A stretch of 64,000 nt of DNA from Bacteroidota bacterium (GTDB taxonomy: Bacteria; Bacteroidota; Bacteroidia; Chitinophagales; JADIYW01), in contig JAQBNI010000049.1 in the NCBI GenBank assembly GCA_028288625.1, forward strand, positions 771 to 64,770, written 5' to 3'. Both the position numbers and the translations under genes were made by a program. Below are positions 40,845 to 48,798 of this stretch, piece by piece (the first letter of the stretch is position 1; every line of letters begins with the position of its first letter). The notes beneath the pieces were generated by a model, which saw only the letters and a program-made list of their open reading frames with translations, was not told the origin of the DNA and made no database searches.

Positions 40845-41216
40845 TTATTGGTAAGGAATTATTTTTTTTACAAACCACAACGCTTCTTCTTTTTCCATTT
40901 TGTCTGTCACCAGCAACTCTTCGCTGATGTGATGCATCACCTTGCTGTCTTTAATTTCTTTTTGTAAATGATATTTGGATTCAGCAGGACCAAAGATCAA
41001 AATGCGGTGTGCCTTTTCCAGCTTTGCAATTATTGATCTGCAAAAGTTTTTTATATTGTCGTTACTTCTTACGTGGATTCGTTTTTTATCGTTCGCATTT
41101 TTATCAGTGTTTCCATCAATAGATTCTTCATGTATCACATTATTCAGCGCAATAATAAAAGAACGTTTATGATCTATATAGATGCCGTAATTCATAAAGT
41201 CTTTTCTTGTTTTCAT
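40845..41216 (-). CDS. small host-attachment / eRF1-like (baeRF-type) family protein
   Basis: C-terminal pattern HRILIFGPAESKYHLQKEI...LVTDKM resembles the LvLvApp..lG.Lr...DLt core of host-attachment proteins. This is weak, by-eye evidence. Confidence 0.4.
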   Translation of the reverse strand: MKTRKDFMNYGIYIDHKRSFIIALNNVIHEESIDGNTDKNANDKKRIHVRSNDNIKNFCRSIIAKLEKAHRILIFGPAESKYHLQKEIKDSKVMHHISEELLVTDKMEKEEALWFVKKIIPYQ

Positions 41217-41285
41217 CTTTTTTATTTTAGGTTATATGAATCTCTCGTTTACATGGTAAAGATGCCATGATCTCTTCCTTGTCGT

Positions 41286-41322
41286 GTTATACGATTATTT
41301 AAATAAGTTACATTATTTACAC
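41286..41322 (-). promoter_or_regulatory. stress-island motif M1 (minus-strand reading GTGTAAATAA-TGTAAC-N13-CGTATAAC)
   Basis: One of six copies with identical box spacing. 70 nt upstream of the 40845-41216 start. Confidence 0.55.
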
Positions 41323-41352
41323 ATCGGGGAAACACAGGCACTTTGGACAGAA

Positions 41353-42246
41353 TTATTTTTTATTCTTTTCCTTCAATAATTCTTTTTTTGCCTTATTCAT
41401 AAAAATTGCTTCCTTCCTGTCGAGTGGTGGGAATGTCGGGTTCATCTCATCCAGTTTCTCGCGAACGATCTTGCCAATAAGCAAGTGTGCATACCATTTC
41501 TGATCTGCTGGAATTACGTACCATGGCGCATCCTTTGTGTGCGTATGTTTAAGTGCATCTTTATATGCGTCCTGGTATTTATCCCAATATTGTCGTTCTG
41601 TAATATCTGCTGCAGAAAACTTCCAGTGCTTGTCTTTATTTTGTACGCGATCTAAAAAACGTTCGCATTGTTCTTCTTTTGAAATGTGTAGAAAGAATTT
41701 AATGATATGTGTTCCGGTTTGTGTAATGATCTTTTCAAACTCATTGATCTGCTGATAGCGTTCTTCCCAGAATTTTTTATCCACTTGGTCTATCTTATTT
41801 ATTCCCGGAATTCTTTCTGCAAGTACAATTTCCGGATGCACTTTTGATATCAATACATTTTCATAATGAGACCGGTTAAAAATTCCAATCTGCCCCTGTT
41901 CAGGAAAATAGAGATAGTGGCGCCATAAATAATCATGTTTTAATTCCTGGTCATTAGGATGCTTAAAACTGTGCAATACGACACCTTGCGGGTTTATTCC
42001 GCCTACAAGATATTTAATCACCCCGTCCTTGCCTGAACTATCCATGCCCTGGAGAATAATAAGTAACGACTGCGTATTTTCAGCATATAATTTATATTGC
42101 AGATCAGCAAGTTTCTCCGTAGTTTCTACCATCATTTCGCTTAATACAAGCTGTTCCGGTTTTTTATATTTGGATGAGGTTTTAAATTTAGAAAAATTAA
42201 AATCTTTTCCGGATTTAACTTTGTAATCGTTGGTGTGTAGCTTCAT
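41353..42246 (-). CDS. ppk2: polyphosphate kinase 2 family protein
   Basis: Walker A ILQGMDSSGKDG, PPK2 lid and RxxxxR regions. 297 aa. Confidence 0.9.
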   Translation of the reverse strand: MKLHTNDYKVKSGKDFNFSKFKTSSKYKKPEQLVLSEMMVETTEKLADLQYKLYAENTQSLLIILQGMDSSGKDGVIKYLVGGINPQGVVLHSFKHPNDQELKHDYLWRHYLYFPEQGQIGIFNRSHYENVLISKVHPEIVLAERIPGINKIDQVDKKFWEERYQQINEFEKIITQTGTHIIKFFLHISKEEQCERFLDRVQNKDKHWKFSAADITERQYWDKYQDAYKDALKHTHTKDAPWYVIPADQKWYAHLLIGKIVREKLDEMNPTFPPLDRKEAIFMNKAKKELLKEKNKK

Positions 42247-42315
42247 TTGTTTGAAATTATTTTAGGGACAGGAAGAACCTGTTCAATATCCTGTAATAAA
42301 GATGTCGAAATATTT

Positions 42316-42645
42316 TTATTTATTATTTACGTCGGCGTCATTTTCTTCCAGATCATTGTGATTATCTCCGCCGATACTGTAGTAGTTATTTTCTTCATCT
42401 TCTGCGCCGATCATTTCGTTTTCATCATCTAATTCCGCACCAGGCACATCGAGATCTTCTCCTGATTCATCTTCCTTCCAGTCTTTTTCATTCCACTGAT
42501 CGGGATTCTTGTTTATCTCTTTTTTTTCTAAAAGATCTTCGGGATCCAGATCAGGAATTTCCTTTGCCTGGTTATAGATATCTTCTGATGCAGGATAATC
42601 AAAATTTTCAAGCTCATCCTGTGATTTTTTTGGATTCGTTTTCAT
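42316..42645 (-). CDS. highly acidic hypothetical protein
   Basis: ATG at 42645 (MKTNPKKSQDELENF). Asp/Glu-rich throughout. Confidence 0.5.
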   Translation of the reverse strand: MKTNPKKSQDELENFDYPASEDIYNQAKEIPDLDPEDLLEKKEINKNPDQWNEKDWKEDESGEDLDVPGAELDDENEMIGAEDEENNYYSIGGDNHNDLEENDADVNNK

Positions 42646-42671
42646 AAAATTTAATTTAATTGTATATAAAA

Positions 42672-42722
42672 GGAACACGGCGGACCATATGAAGTACTTT
42701 TTAAACCTTCCGCCGGTGTTCC
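42672..42722 (-). terminator. intrinsic terminator downstream of the SDR gene
   Basis: GGAACACCGGCGG / CCGCCGTGTTCC 12-bp stem (one bulge), followed on the minus strand by TTTTATAT. Confidence 0.65.
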
Positions 42723-42784
42723 ATAATTTGTATAATCTTTCAAGTATTTTAGTTTAAGTGAAATGCCAATGTGCATGATTTTTT

Positions 42785-43786
42785 TTAAGGATATCCTTTA
42801 CCTCCTGAAGAACCATAAATTTGTCCGGTTGCATAACTTGCATCGCTCGCTGCCAGCTGCACATAAATCGAGGCTAATTCCGCAGGCTGACCAGGTCTTC
42901 CCAGCGGAGTGTCGCCGCCAAACTTCACTAATTTTTCCTGCGTTGCTCCTCCGCTTACTTGCAACGGCGTCCAGATGGGACCGGGTGCTACACCATTTAC
43001 GCGTATACCTTTTGGTGCTAATTGTTTTGCAAGTGATTTTACATAATTCATTGTTGCAGCCTTCGTTTGTGCATAGTCGTACAAATCTCCCGAAGGATCA
43101 TAAGCCTGCTCAGATGCTGTTCCGATAATTACGGAACCCGGCTTTAAATGGGGAAGAGCGGCTTTAATGATCCAGAAAGGCGCATAGATATTTGTTTTCA
43201 TCGTAGCATCAAATTCTTCTGTAGAGATATCAAGAATTGATGAATGCGTTTGTTGCCGCGCTGCATTATTCACTACGATATCCAAACCGCCGAGACTACT
43301 TATTGCATCATCAACTAATTTTTTACAAAAACTTTCATCCCGAAGATCGCCGGGAATTGCAACCGCTTTTCTTCCTGCTGCTTTGATCAGGTCAACCACT
43401 TCTTTTGCATCAGGTTCTTCTGTTGGAAAATAATTTATCGCAACATCTGCGCCTTCACGTGCATAAGCAATTGCCGCTGCGCGACCCATTCCCGAATCGC
43501 CTCCGGTAATTAATGCTTTGCGACCTGCTAAACGACCTGAACCTTTATACGTTTTTTCGCCATGATCAGGTCTTGGATCCATTTTACTTGCCAAACCTGG
43601 CCACGGTTGTTTCTGGCTGGGAAATGGTGGCTTTGGATATTTTTCTTTTGGGTCTTCCAAGCCAACTGGCGGAGTCTGTGATTCAGGTTTAGAAACTCCA
43701 ATTGCAGGCGACATTGCCAGTGTTGCCAAGCCTGCACCGAAATATTTCAGTACATTTCTTCTTCCAATTTTATTCGCTTCATTCAT
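42785..43786 (-). CDS. SDR family oxidoreductase (YhdF/YghA general-stress type) with N-terminal twin-arginine signal
   Basis: TGGDSGMGRAAA and YxxxK SDR core. N-terminal GRRNVLKYFGAGLATLAMSPAIG precedes the usual YghA-type N-terminus. Confidence 0.85.
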   Translation of the reverse strand: MNEANKIGRRNVLKYFGAGLATLAMSPAIGVSKPESQTPPVGLEDPKEKYPKPPFPSQKQPWPGLASKMDPRPDHGEKTYKGSGRLAGRKALITGGDSGMGRAAAIAYAREGADVAINYFPTEEPDAKEVVDLIKAAGRKAVAIPGDLRDESFCKKLVDDAISSLGGLDIVVNNAARQQTHSSILDISTEEFDATMKTNIYAPFWIIKAALPHLKPGSVIIGTASEQAYDPSGDLYDYAQTKAATMNYVKSLAKQLAPKGIRVNGVAPGPIWTPLQVSGGATQEKLVKFGGDTPLGRPGQPAELASIYVQLAASDASYATGQIYGSSGGKGYP

Positions 43787-43825
43787 AGTTGCAAACGTTG
43801 TTTTTAATTTTGTATGATCAGCATA

Positions 43826-43889
43826 AAAAGGAACAAAGCGAGAGCAGAAATAAATACAATTTTCAAAACCAACTTCGCCTTGTTCTTTT
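43826..43889 (-). terminator. intrinsic terminator downstream of the Cys-rich protein gene
   Basis: AAAAGAACAAGGCGAAG ... CTCGCTTTGTTCCTTTT imperfect long stem, then a T-run on the minus strand. Confidence 0.5.
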
Positions 43890-43897
43890 ATTATTTA

Positions 43898-44215
43898 TTA
43901 TACAAGCATGCTGTTACACTCATTTTCACATTGCCTGCATGCTTCGGCGCATAAGATACAATGTGCATCTGCATGCATCTCACATTCCTGTGCACATGCA
44001 CCGCAAGACTCAGCGCATTCCCGTATTAAACCGGAATCTATATTTGAGTTGTTAGATGCCTCTGCAATAAATTTCTCACATTCATCAGCACAGGCGCGGC
44101 ATAGGCGCTCACATTCTGTTCGCCCTTCCATCCTGCAATGTTCCGCACATATTGCACACTGACTCGCGCATTTTGTGCAAAGTGCTATGCATTTATTCAA
44201 ATGCTCTTTGTCCAT
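43898..44215 (-). CDS. four-helix-bundle Cys-rich copper-binding protein (DUF326 type)
   Basis: Repeated CxxxC/CxxC pattern on four predicted helices (CIALCTKCASQCAICAEHC, CRACADEC, CAESCGACAQEC, CAEACRQCENEC). Confidence 0.8.
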   Translation of the reverse strand: MDKEHLNKCIALCTKCASQCAICAEHCRMEGRTECERLCRACADECEKFIAEASNNSNIDSGLIRECAESCGACAQECEMHADAHCILCAEACRQCENECNSMLV

Positions 44216-44219
44216 TATA

Positions 44220-45002
44220 TTACTTTGTTTCGGGTGTGTTTTTAGGAGGAAGCTTATTAATTATACTTCCATTTTTTCCTACACGCTGACCGTTGGTTAA
44301 TTTTGTTTCTTTTCCATCCTTGGTTTTAACCGTACCATCCGTCATTAAAACTGTACCGTTATCGAACGTTACATCCTTTGTAATAGCTGAGGACTTACCG
44401 CTTTCAAGATGCACTACTTTCCCATTTCTATATACATACGCTTCATGCGAAGTGGTAGAACCCGGATTCATTTTACCGGTAGAGCTTGTATTGCTTTTTC
44501 CTGTAGTACCAGCCGATGTTTTTCCTGTAGAACCTCCGTACGAACCATTATTTGAACCGGATTTATTCGTTCCCATAGAATGGTTGGAATTGCCGGTGCC
44601 TTTATTCATTGATCCGTTAGTTCCATTCATAGAACCATTTGTTCCATTCATTGAGCCGCTGTTTCCTGTGTTTCGATTTGTACCGTTCATATTCGAACCG
44701 CTGTTTCCATTCATATTTTTGGTCGGACTGTTTGTCCCGCTATAATTCTGGTTGCCGATATTATTGCCGGAAGTATTTGTATTCACACCACTTCCGGTAC
44801 CATTGGTTCCGCTTGTCCCGGTATTAATTTGTCCTGTATTACTTACACCGGTTGGTGTGTTTGATCCTGCATTCCCGCCGTTCGTTCCAGTTGTTCCGTT
44901 AGTGCCCTGCGTTCCGATAAAGGAGCTATCCCATGTACGCGAGGTTTGTGCAAATGCAGTTATTCCTGCCGCAATTGCCACTGTTAAAAAAAACTTTTTC
45001 AT
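44220..45002 (-). CDS. secreted low-complexity Asn/Gly/Thr/Ser-rich protein with a structured C-terminal domain
   Basis: Signal peptide, ~150 aa of NGT/NGS repeats, then the YVYRNGKVVHLE...DGTVKTKDG domain. Its stop is 4 nt from the next start. Confidence 0.55.
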   Translation of the reverse strand: MKKFFLTVAIAAGITAFAQTSRTWDSSFIGTQGTNGTTGTNGGNAGSNTPTGVSNTGQINTGTSGTNGTGSGVNTNTSGNNIGNQNYSGTNSPTKNMNGNSGSNMNGTNRNTGNSGSMNGTNGSMNGTNGSMNKGTGNSNHSMGTNKSGSNNGSYGGSTGKTSAGTTGKSNTSSTGKMNPGSTTSHEAYVYRNGKVVHLESGKSSAITKDVTFDNGTVLMTDGTVKTKDGKETKLTNGQRVGKNGSIINKLPPKNTPETK

Positions 45003-45089
45003 TTGTATTAGATTTAGTGTTTAAAAAAAAATTGATGCGATCAATTACTTAATCATGTATCAAATATCAATACGTTTTGAAGAATGTAT

Positions 45090-45126
45090 GTTATAGAATT
45101 TGTTCATTAACTTATATCATTCACAT
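45090..45126 (-). promoter_or_regulatory. stress-island motif M5 (ATGTGAATGA-TATAAG-N13-TCTATAAC)
   Basis: Same box spacing as M1-M4. 88 nt upstream of the 44220-45002 start. Confidence 0.5.
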
Positions 45127-45168
45127 CTAATAATACATATAACCAAGGGCTTAGGAAATTACTTCAAT

Positions 45169-45199
45169 AAAAAAATCCCGTCTTATGTGAGGCGGGATT
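45169..45199 (-). terminator. intrinsic terminator downstream of PepSY-like gene
   Basis: 9-bp stem AATCCCGCC / GACGGGATT followed on the minus strand by T7. Confidence 0.75.
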
Positions 45200-45234
45200 A
45201 AAAGTGAAAAGAGTTTAGTATCGAATTTTATAAT

Positions 45235-45675
45235 TCATAAGGTAAAACTATCTTTTAATAGTTTACCGTCCTGGCTGAATAGTAAACTCTTTTTACTATC
45301 ACTTTTAGCTATTATAACACGGTATTGTGTTATCATGCCAGGTAAAAAAAGAATATATGCCTGTTTAATATTCCATTGTGAAAAATCAGATTTGGATAAA
45401 TTACTTTTTATAGCAGCAGGTAAAGCGTCGATCTGTATATCTCTTTGTGATATTTTCCAATCACCGTTGTTATTGAATTTTGCTTCATACCTATCTCCGT
45501 CGGCATTAAACGCCACTTTATATTCGTTGCCCTGATTATTCCATTGTACGTTTTGCGCAGTAGGATATTTTGTACTAAATGCAGTTGAAACTAACGGTGG
45601 TAATTTAACGCCTTGACCAAAAAGGATACTTCCTGTAAACAGAATAAGAACAGTCAATTTATTTTTTAAATGCAT
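45235..45675 (-). CDS. PepSY-like (putative beta-lactamase-inhibitor-like, DUF2874 type) periplasmic protein
   Basis: Signal peptide and two repeats of the LP..V...F...YP.A....W motif pattern. Paralog at 46740-47186. Confidence 0.65.
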   Translation of the reverse strand: MHLKNKLTVLILFTGSILFGQGVKLPPLVSTAFSTKYPTAQNVQWNNQGNEYKVAFNADGDRYEAKFNNNGDWKISQRDIQIDALPAAIKSNLSKSDFSQWNIKQAYILFLPGMITQYRVIIAKSDSKKSLLFSQDGKLLKDSFTL

Positions 45676-45753
45676 AATTAAAGTTACATGTTAATTATAA
45701 TGTTGTTGTTATACTGAAAGGGATATTTATTATATAATTTCCCTTTCTTCTAT

Positions 45754-45779
45754 AAAAAGACCGGTTTTCACCGGTCTTT
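45754..45779 (-). terminator. intrinsic terminator
   Basis: GACCGGT-GAAA-ACCGGTC followed on the minus strand by T5. Confidence 0.7.
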
Positions 45780-45799
45780 CGTTGTCTTAAAAGAATTGA

Positions 45800-46237
45800 T
45801 CACTTCATTACGATATCTGTGTTGTTAGATAAGTTTATCTCTTCGCTTTCCTTCGAAAAGATAACATGATTAAAATTTTGTCCCAGAACGAGATCATGGT
45901 CTAAAAAGAAATAATCTACATTTACAGCGTAATTAATAGTGTTATAAGATATTTTTATTTTCTCTCCTACGGTTTTCCACTGACCCGTAAGTACTTTTAT
46001 AATTTCTCCCTTATCATTTATAAATTCATGCCTGAATTTATGATTAGGTTCGAAAATAAAAGACTCTGAATGAGTTTGTAAATTTTTTGAGTTCAATACG
46101 AATTGGAAATCATTTTTTATGCTTTGGTTTTTGTATTTCCATGTTCCGATTATTGGGTTGGTTCTTTCATTGTTTTTTGTTGCCCTCATGTAACTTATGT
46201 TTGCAAAGAAGGCTAGTAGTAAAATTAGCGTTTTCAT
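45800..46237 (-). CDS. hypothetical secreted (lipocalin-like) protein
   Basis: ATG at 46237 gives the signal peptide MKTLILLLAFFANISY. GTWKY motif shortly after the signal peptide. Confidence 0.5.
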   Translation of the reverse strand: MKTLILLLAFFANISYMRATKNNERTNPIIGTWKYKNQSIKNDFQFVLNSKNLQTHSESFIFEPNHKFRHEFINDKGEIIKVLTGQWKTVGEKIKISYNTINYAVNVDYFFLDHDLVLGQNFNHVIFSKESEEINLSNNTDIVMK

Positions 46238-46297
46238 AGGGTAAAATTTAGAAGTTAAAGAACTATTGTAAAGTTGTACTTTATATGATACCACTGC

Positions 46298-46334
46298 ATT
46301 ACATTTTTTAATTTTAAGTTTACATGTATCACAC
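46298..46334 (-). promoter_or_regulatory. stress-island motif M6, degenerate (GTGTGATACA-TGTAAA-N13-AATGTAAT)
   Basis: Same spacing. 61 nt upstream of the 46237 start. Confidence 0.4.
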
Positions 46335-46413
46335 GTTATCGAAAACTACTATGTAACTTATCGGAAATGCTAATAAATAAAGGGAGAGAGATGATGTTGA
46401 TATAAAAAAGTAC

Positions 46414-46447
46414 AAAAAAAATGATCTGCAGAACAGATCATTTTTTT
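46414..46447. terminator. bidirectional intrinsic terminator
   Basis: ATGATCTG-CAGAA-CAGATCAT flanked by A8 and T7. Confidence 0.75.
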
Positions 46448-46449
46448 GT

Positions 46450-46653
46450 TTAATGTGTTTTTTCGTATCTCCGGAGAATTACTTTGAGTGATTCAAGATA
46501 ATCCTTTAAGTGTTTAATTTTGACTTCCGGTGCTAATGTATTAGGAACAGTGATCGGTACTTCATGAAGCGTTTCATATACTTCCGGATGAAGTTGTTTT
46601 ATTTGTTCCGTAATCTGTAAGATGTCGCTGTTTAGCTGTTCTTCCGTTTGCAT
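46450..46653 (-). CDS. small hypothetical protein (67 aa)
   Basis: ORF sits between motif M4 and a strong terminator. Confidence 0.45.
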   Translation of the reverse strand: MQTEEQLNSDILQITEQIKQLHPEVYETLHEVPITVPNTLAPEVKIKHLKDYLESLKVILRRYEKTH

Positions 46654-46701
46654 AAATGATGGTTTAATTCATATAAAGTTCGGCATACCTTATTAAAAAT
46701 A

Positions 46702-46738
46702 ATTATATAAACAGGCGAAAAAATTACAACATTCACAC
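46702..46738 (-). promoter_or_regulatory. stress-island motif M4 (GTGTGAATGT-TGTAAT-N13-TATATAAT)
   Basis: 49 nt upstream of the 46653 start. Confidence 0.5.
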
Positions 46739-46739
46739 G

Positions 46740-47186
46740 TTATAATTTCATGGAGAAATTATCTTTCAATAATTTTCCTACAGCATTATATAAGAGGCTT
46801 TTTTTATTCTGTTCGTCTTTTGCAATAATTACCTGGTATTTTTTTACATAAGGATAGATCAATTCATAAACTGATTTGATATTCCAGCTTGCATATTCAC
46901 CGCTTAATAATTGATTTCTTACCAGGTCAGGTAATGAAGCTAGAGTTATTTCCTTCTCTGCCTTTTTCCATTCTCCGCTCTTATTAAATTCCGTCTCATA
47001 CTTATAGCCGTCCAATTCAAAATTTGCTATAAAAGCATTCGGCTCTTCTTTCCATGAAATATTTTTTGCGCCCGGGTATTTCGCATCAAACGTATATGAT
47101 AAATATTTAGGAATATTCTCACCTTTTATGCTTTGTGTAAAAGAGATCAATGCTATAAATAGCATGAGGAAGTAACTGTTTTTCAT
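46740..47186 (-). CDS. PepSY-like (DUF2874 type) periplasmic protein, paralog
   Basis: ATG at 47186 gives the signal peptide MKNSYFLMLFIALISF. Alignable to 45235-45675 (YKYETEFNKSGEWK versus DRYEAKFNNNGDWK; YQVIIAKD versus YRVIIAKS). Confidence 0.65.
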   Translation of the reverse strand: MKNSYFLMLFIALISFTQSIKGENIPKYLSYTFDAKYPGAKNISWKEEPNAFIANFELDGYKYETEFNKSGEWKKAEKEITLASLPDLVRNQLLSGEYASWNIKSVYELIYPYVKKYQVIIAKDEQNKKSLLYNAVGKLLKDNFSMKL

Positions 47187-47280
47187 AACCGTATTATTGT
47201 AGATTAATAATACTGTAAATATGGACCGTATTTTAATAACAGCCATTATATTAAGGTTAAAAAAAGTTACAATATTTACA

Positions 47281-48210
47281 TTACTGAGGTTTAGTCTTTT
47301 TAGGCTTCTCAGGCTCTGTTTTTTCGATCTCTACAGAATAAGAATAAGGAATGATTTTTCTTCTGTGAAAAAGCAGGTATGACTTTGTAAACTCTGCACC
47401 GAAATAGAGGATAATGGCGGAGTAATATACCCATGCGAGAATCAATATTACTGACCCTGCTGCGCCATACGTGGAAGCAACTTTAGAACTTCCTAAGTAT
47501 GCTCCTATAGCAAATTTACCAATCATAAATAAAACAGCAGTAATTGATGCGCCTATCAGCGAATCTTTCCATCCGATCTTTCCATCGGGAAGTGATTTAA
47601 AAATGATGGCGAAGAGTAGGGTGATGATTAAAAATACGATCGCTACATTTATAACGTAAAATACATAAACAGTAACATCAGGAAAGCGTGTCATGATCCT
47701 GTTGCTGAGCAGATCCAGCAAAGTATTAATCATTAAACTCACCAGCAATAAAAATGCAACCGAACCGATCATAGAAAAGGACATTAACCTGTTCTTTAGA
47801 AATTTTACCAGTCCTTGCTTTGGCTTTGCTTTTAATCCCCAGATATAATTCAGAGAGCTTTGCAATTCACTAAACACACCTGATGCACCAATAAGAAGAA
47901 GAATAATTCCGATAATTGAAGCAAGTGTATTGCTTCCCGAGATCGTTACATTTTTTAAGATCTCCTGTATTTGTTTTGCAGCATCATTTCCGACAAAACC
48001 ATTTATTTGCTTAAAAACCTGACCTCTCACGGCTTCATCACCAAAAAATATTCCGCAAATAGAAATGATAATGATCAGCAAGGGTGGGAGCGCAAATGTT
48101 GTATAATAGGAGAGCGATGCACTTAATCTCAATACGTCATCATCCATAAAGGCATTGAACGTTTTTTTTAAAATCGTCCATGCATTTTTGCTGACCACTT
48201 TTAATTTCAT
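47281..48210 (-). CDS. YihY/BrkB (virulence factor BrkB) family membrane protein
   Basis: Six TM helices and family motifs (LSASLSYYTTFALPPLL, VASTYGAAGSVILILAWVYYSAIILYFGAEFT). Confidence 0.85.
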   Translation of the reverse strand: MKLKVVSKNAWTILKKTFNAFMDDDVLRLSASLSYYTTFALPPLLIIIISICGIFFGDEAVRGQVFKQINGFVGNDAAKQIQEILKNVTISGSNTLASIIGIILLLIGASGVFSELQSSLNYIWGLKAKPKQGLVKFLKNRLMSFSMIGSVAFLLLVSLMINTLLDLLSNRIMTRFPDVTVYVFYVINVAIVFLIITLLFAIIFKSLPDGKIGWKDSLIGASITAVLFMIGKFAIGAYLGSSKVASTYGAAGSVILILAWVYYSAIILYFGAEFTKSYLLFHRRKIIPYSYSVEIEKTEPEKPKKTKPQ

Positions 48211-48228
48211 AATGGTTGGTTCAATTCA

Positions 48229-48762
48229 CTATTTTGTTCCTGCAGGTTTTACTCCGCCATAATTTGCAGGGTTAGGTGCAGGTTTTACGGGCGTCGCTGT
48301 TCTGTTCACAGGTGTTCCGGTAGCCGCCGGTGCAGGCTTCACACCACCATAATTTGCAGGATTCGGTGAAGTTTTCACAGGCGCTGCTGTTCTGTTCACA
48401 GGTGTTCCGGTAGCCGCCGGTGCAGGTTTCACACCACCATAATTTGCAGGATTTGGCGCAGGCTTAACTGTCGTTGTGGTTCTGGTAACTGTCGCAGGTC
48501 TTGTGCCGCCATACCGGTTAGGATTATAGTGTTTTTTTGATTTCGTTTTATATTTGTTAGAATGATAAGTTTTTGTACCACCATAATTAGCAGGGTTCGG
48601 TTTTTTCGCTTTTGCTTCATCATCATCTTTTTCTTTATTTTCCCTTCCAGCTTTTGATCGCATTCCACCATAATTAGCAGGGTTATGTGCCAATGCTTTT
48701 ATTGAAAAAAGTATACAGATCATTAGTATAACCGATGCTCCAAAGATTTTTATTGTTTTCAT
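48229..48762 (-). CDS. secreted repeat protein with six NP(A/N)(N/R)YGG motifs
   Basis: Signal peptide. NPANYGG x5 plus NPNRYGG. The C-terminal half is a 30-aa tandem repeat. Confidence 0.6.
   Translation of the reverse strand: MKTIKIFGASVILMICILFSIKALAHNPANYGGMRSKAGRENKEKDDDEAKAKKPNPANYGGTKTYHSNKYKTKSKKHYNPNRYGGTRPATVTRTTTTVKPAPNPANYGGVKPAPAATGTPVNRTAAPVKTSPNPANYGGVKPAPAATGTPVNRTATPVKPAPNPANYGGVKPAGTK
48254..48450. repeat. 90-nt tandem repeat (about 2.2 copies) inside the repeat-protein gene
   Basis: CC(G/A)CCATAATTTGCAGG recurs at 48254, 48344 and 48434, with near-identical intervening sequence. Confidence 0.85.
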
Positions 48763-48798
48763 TTTTTTATTTATTTATTCAAGTTTATAATAATCATT

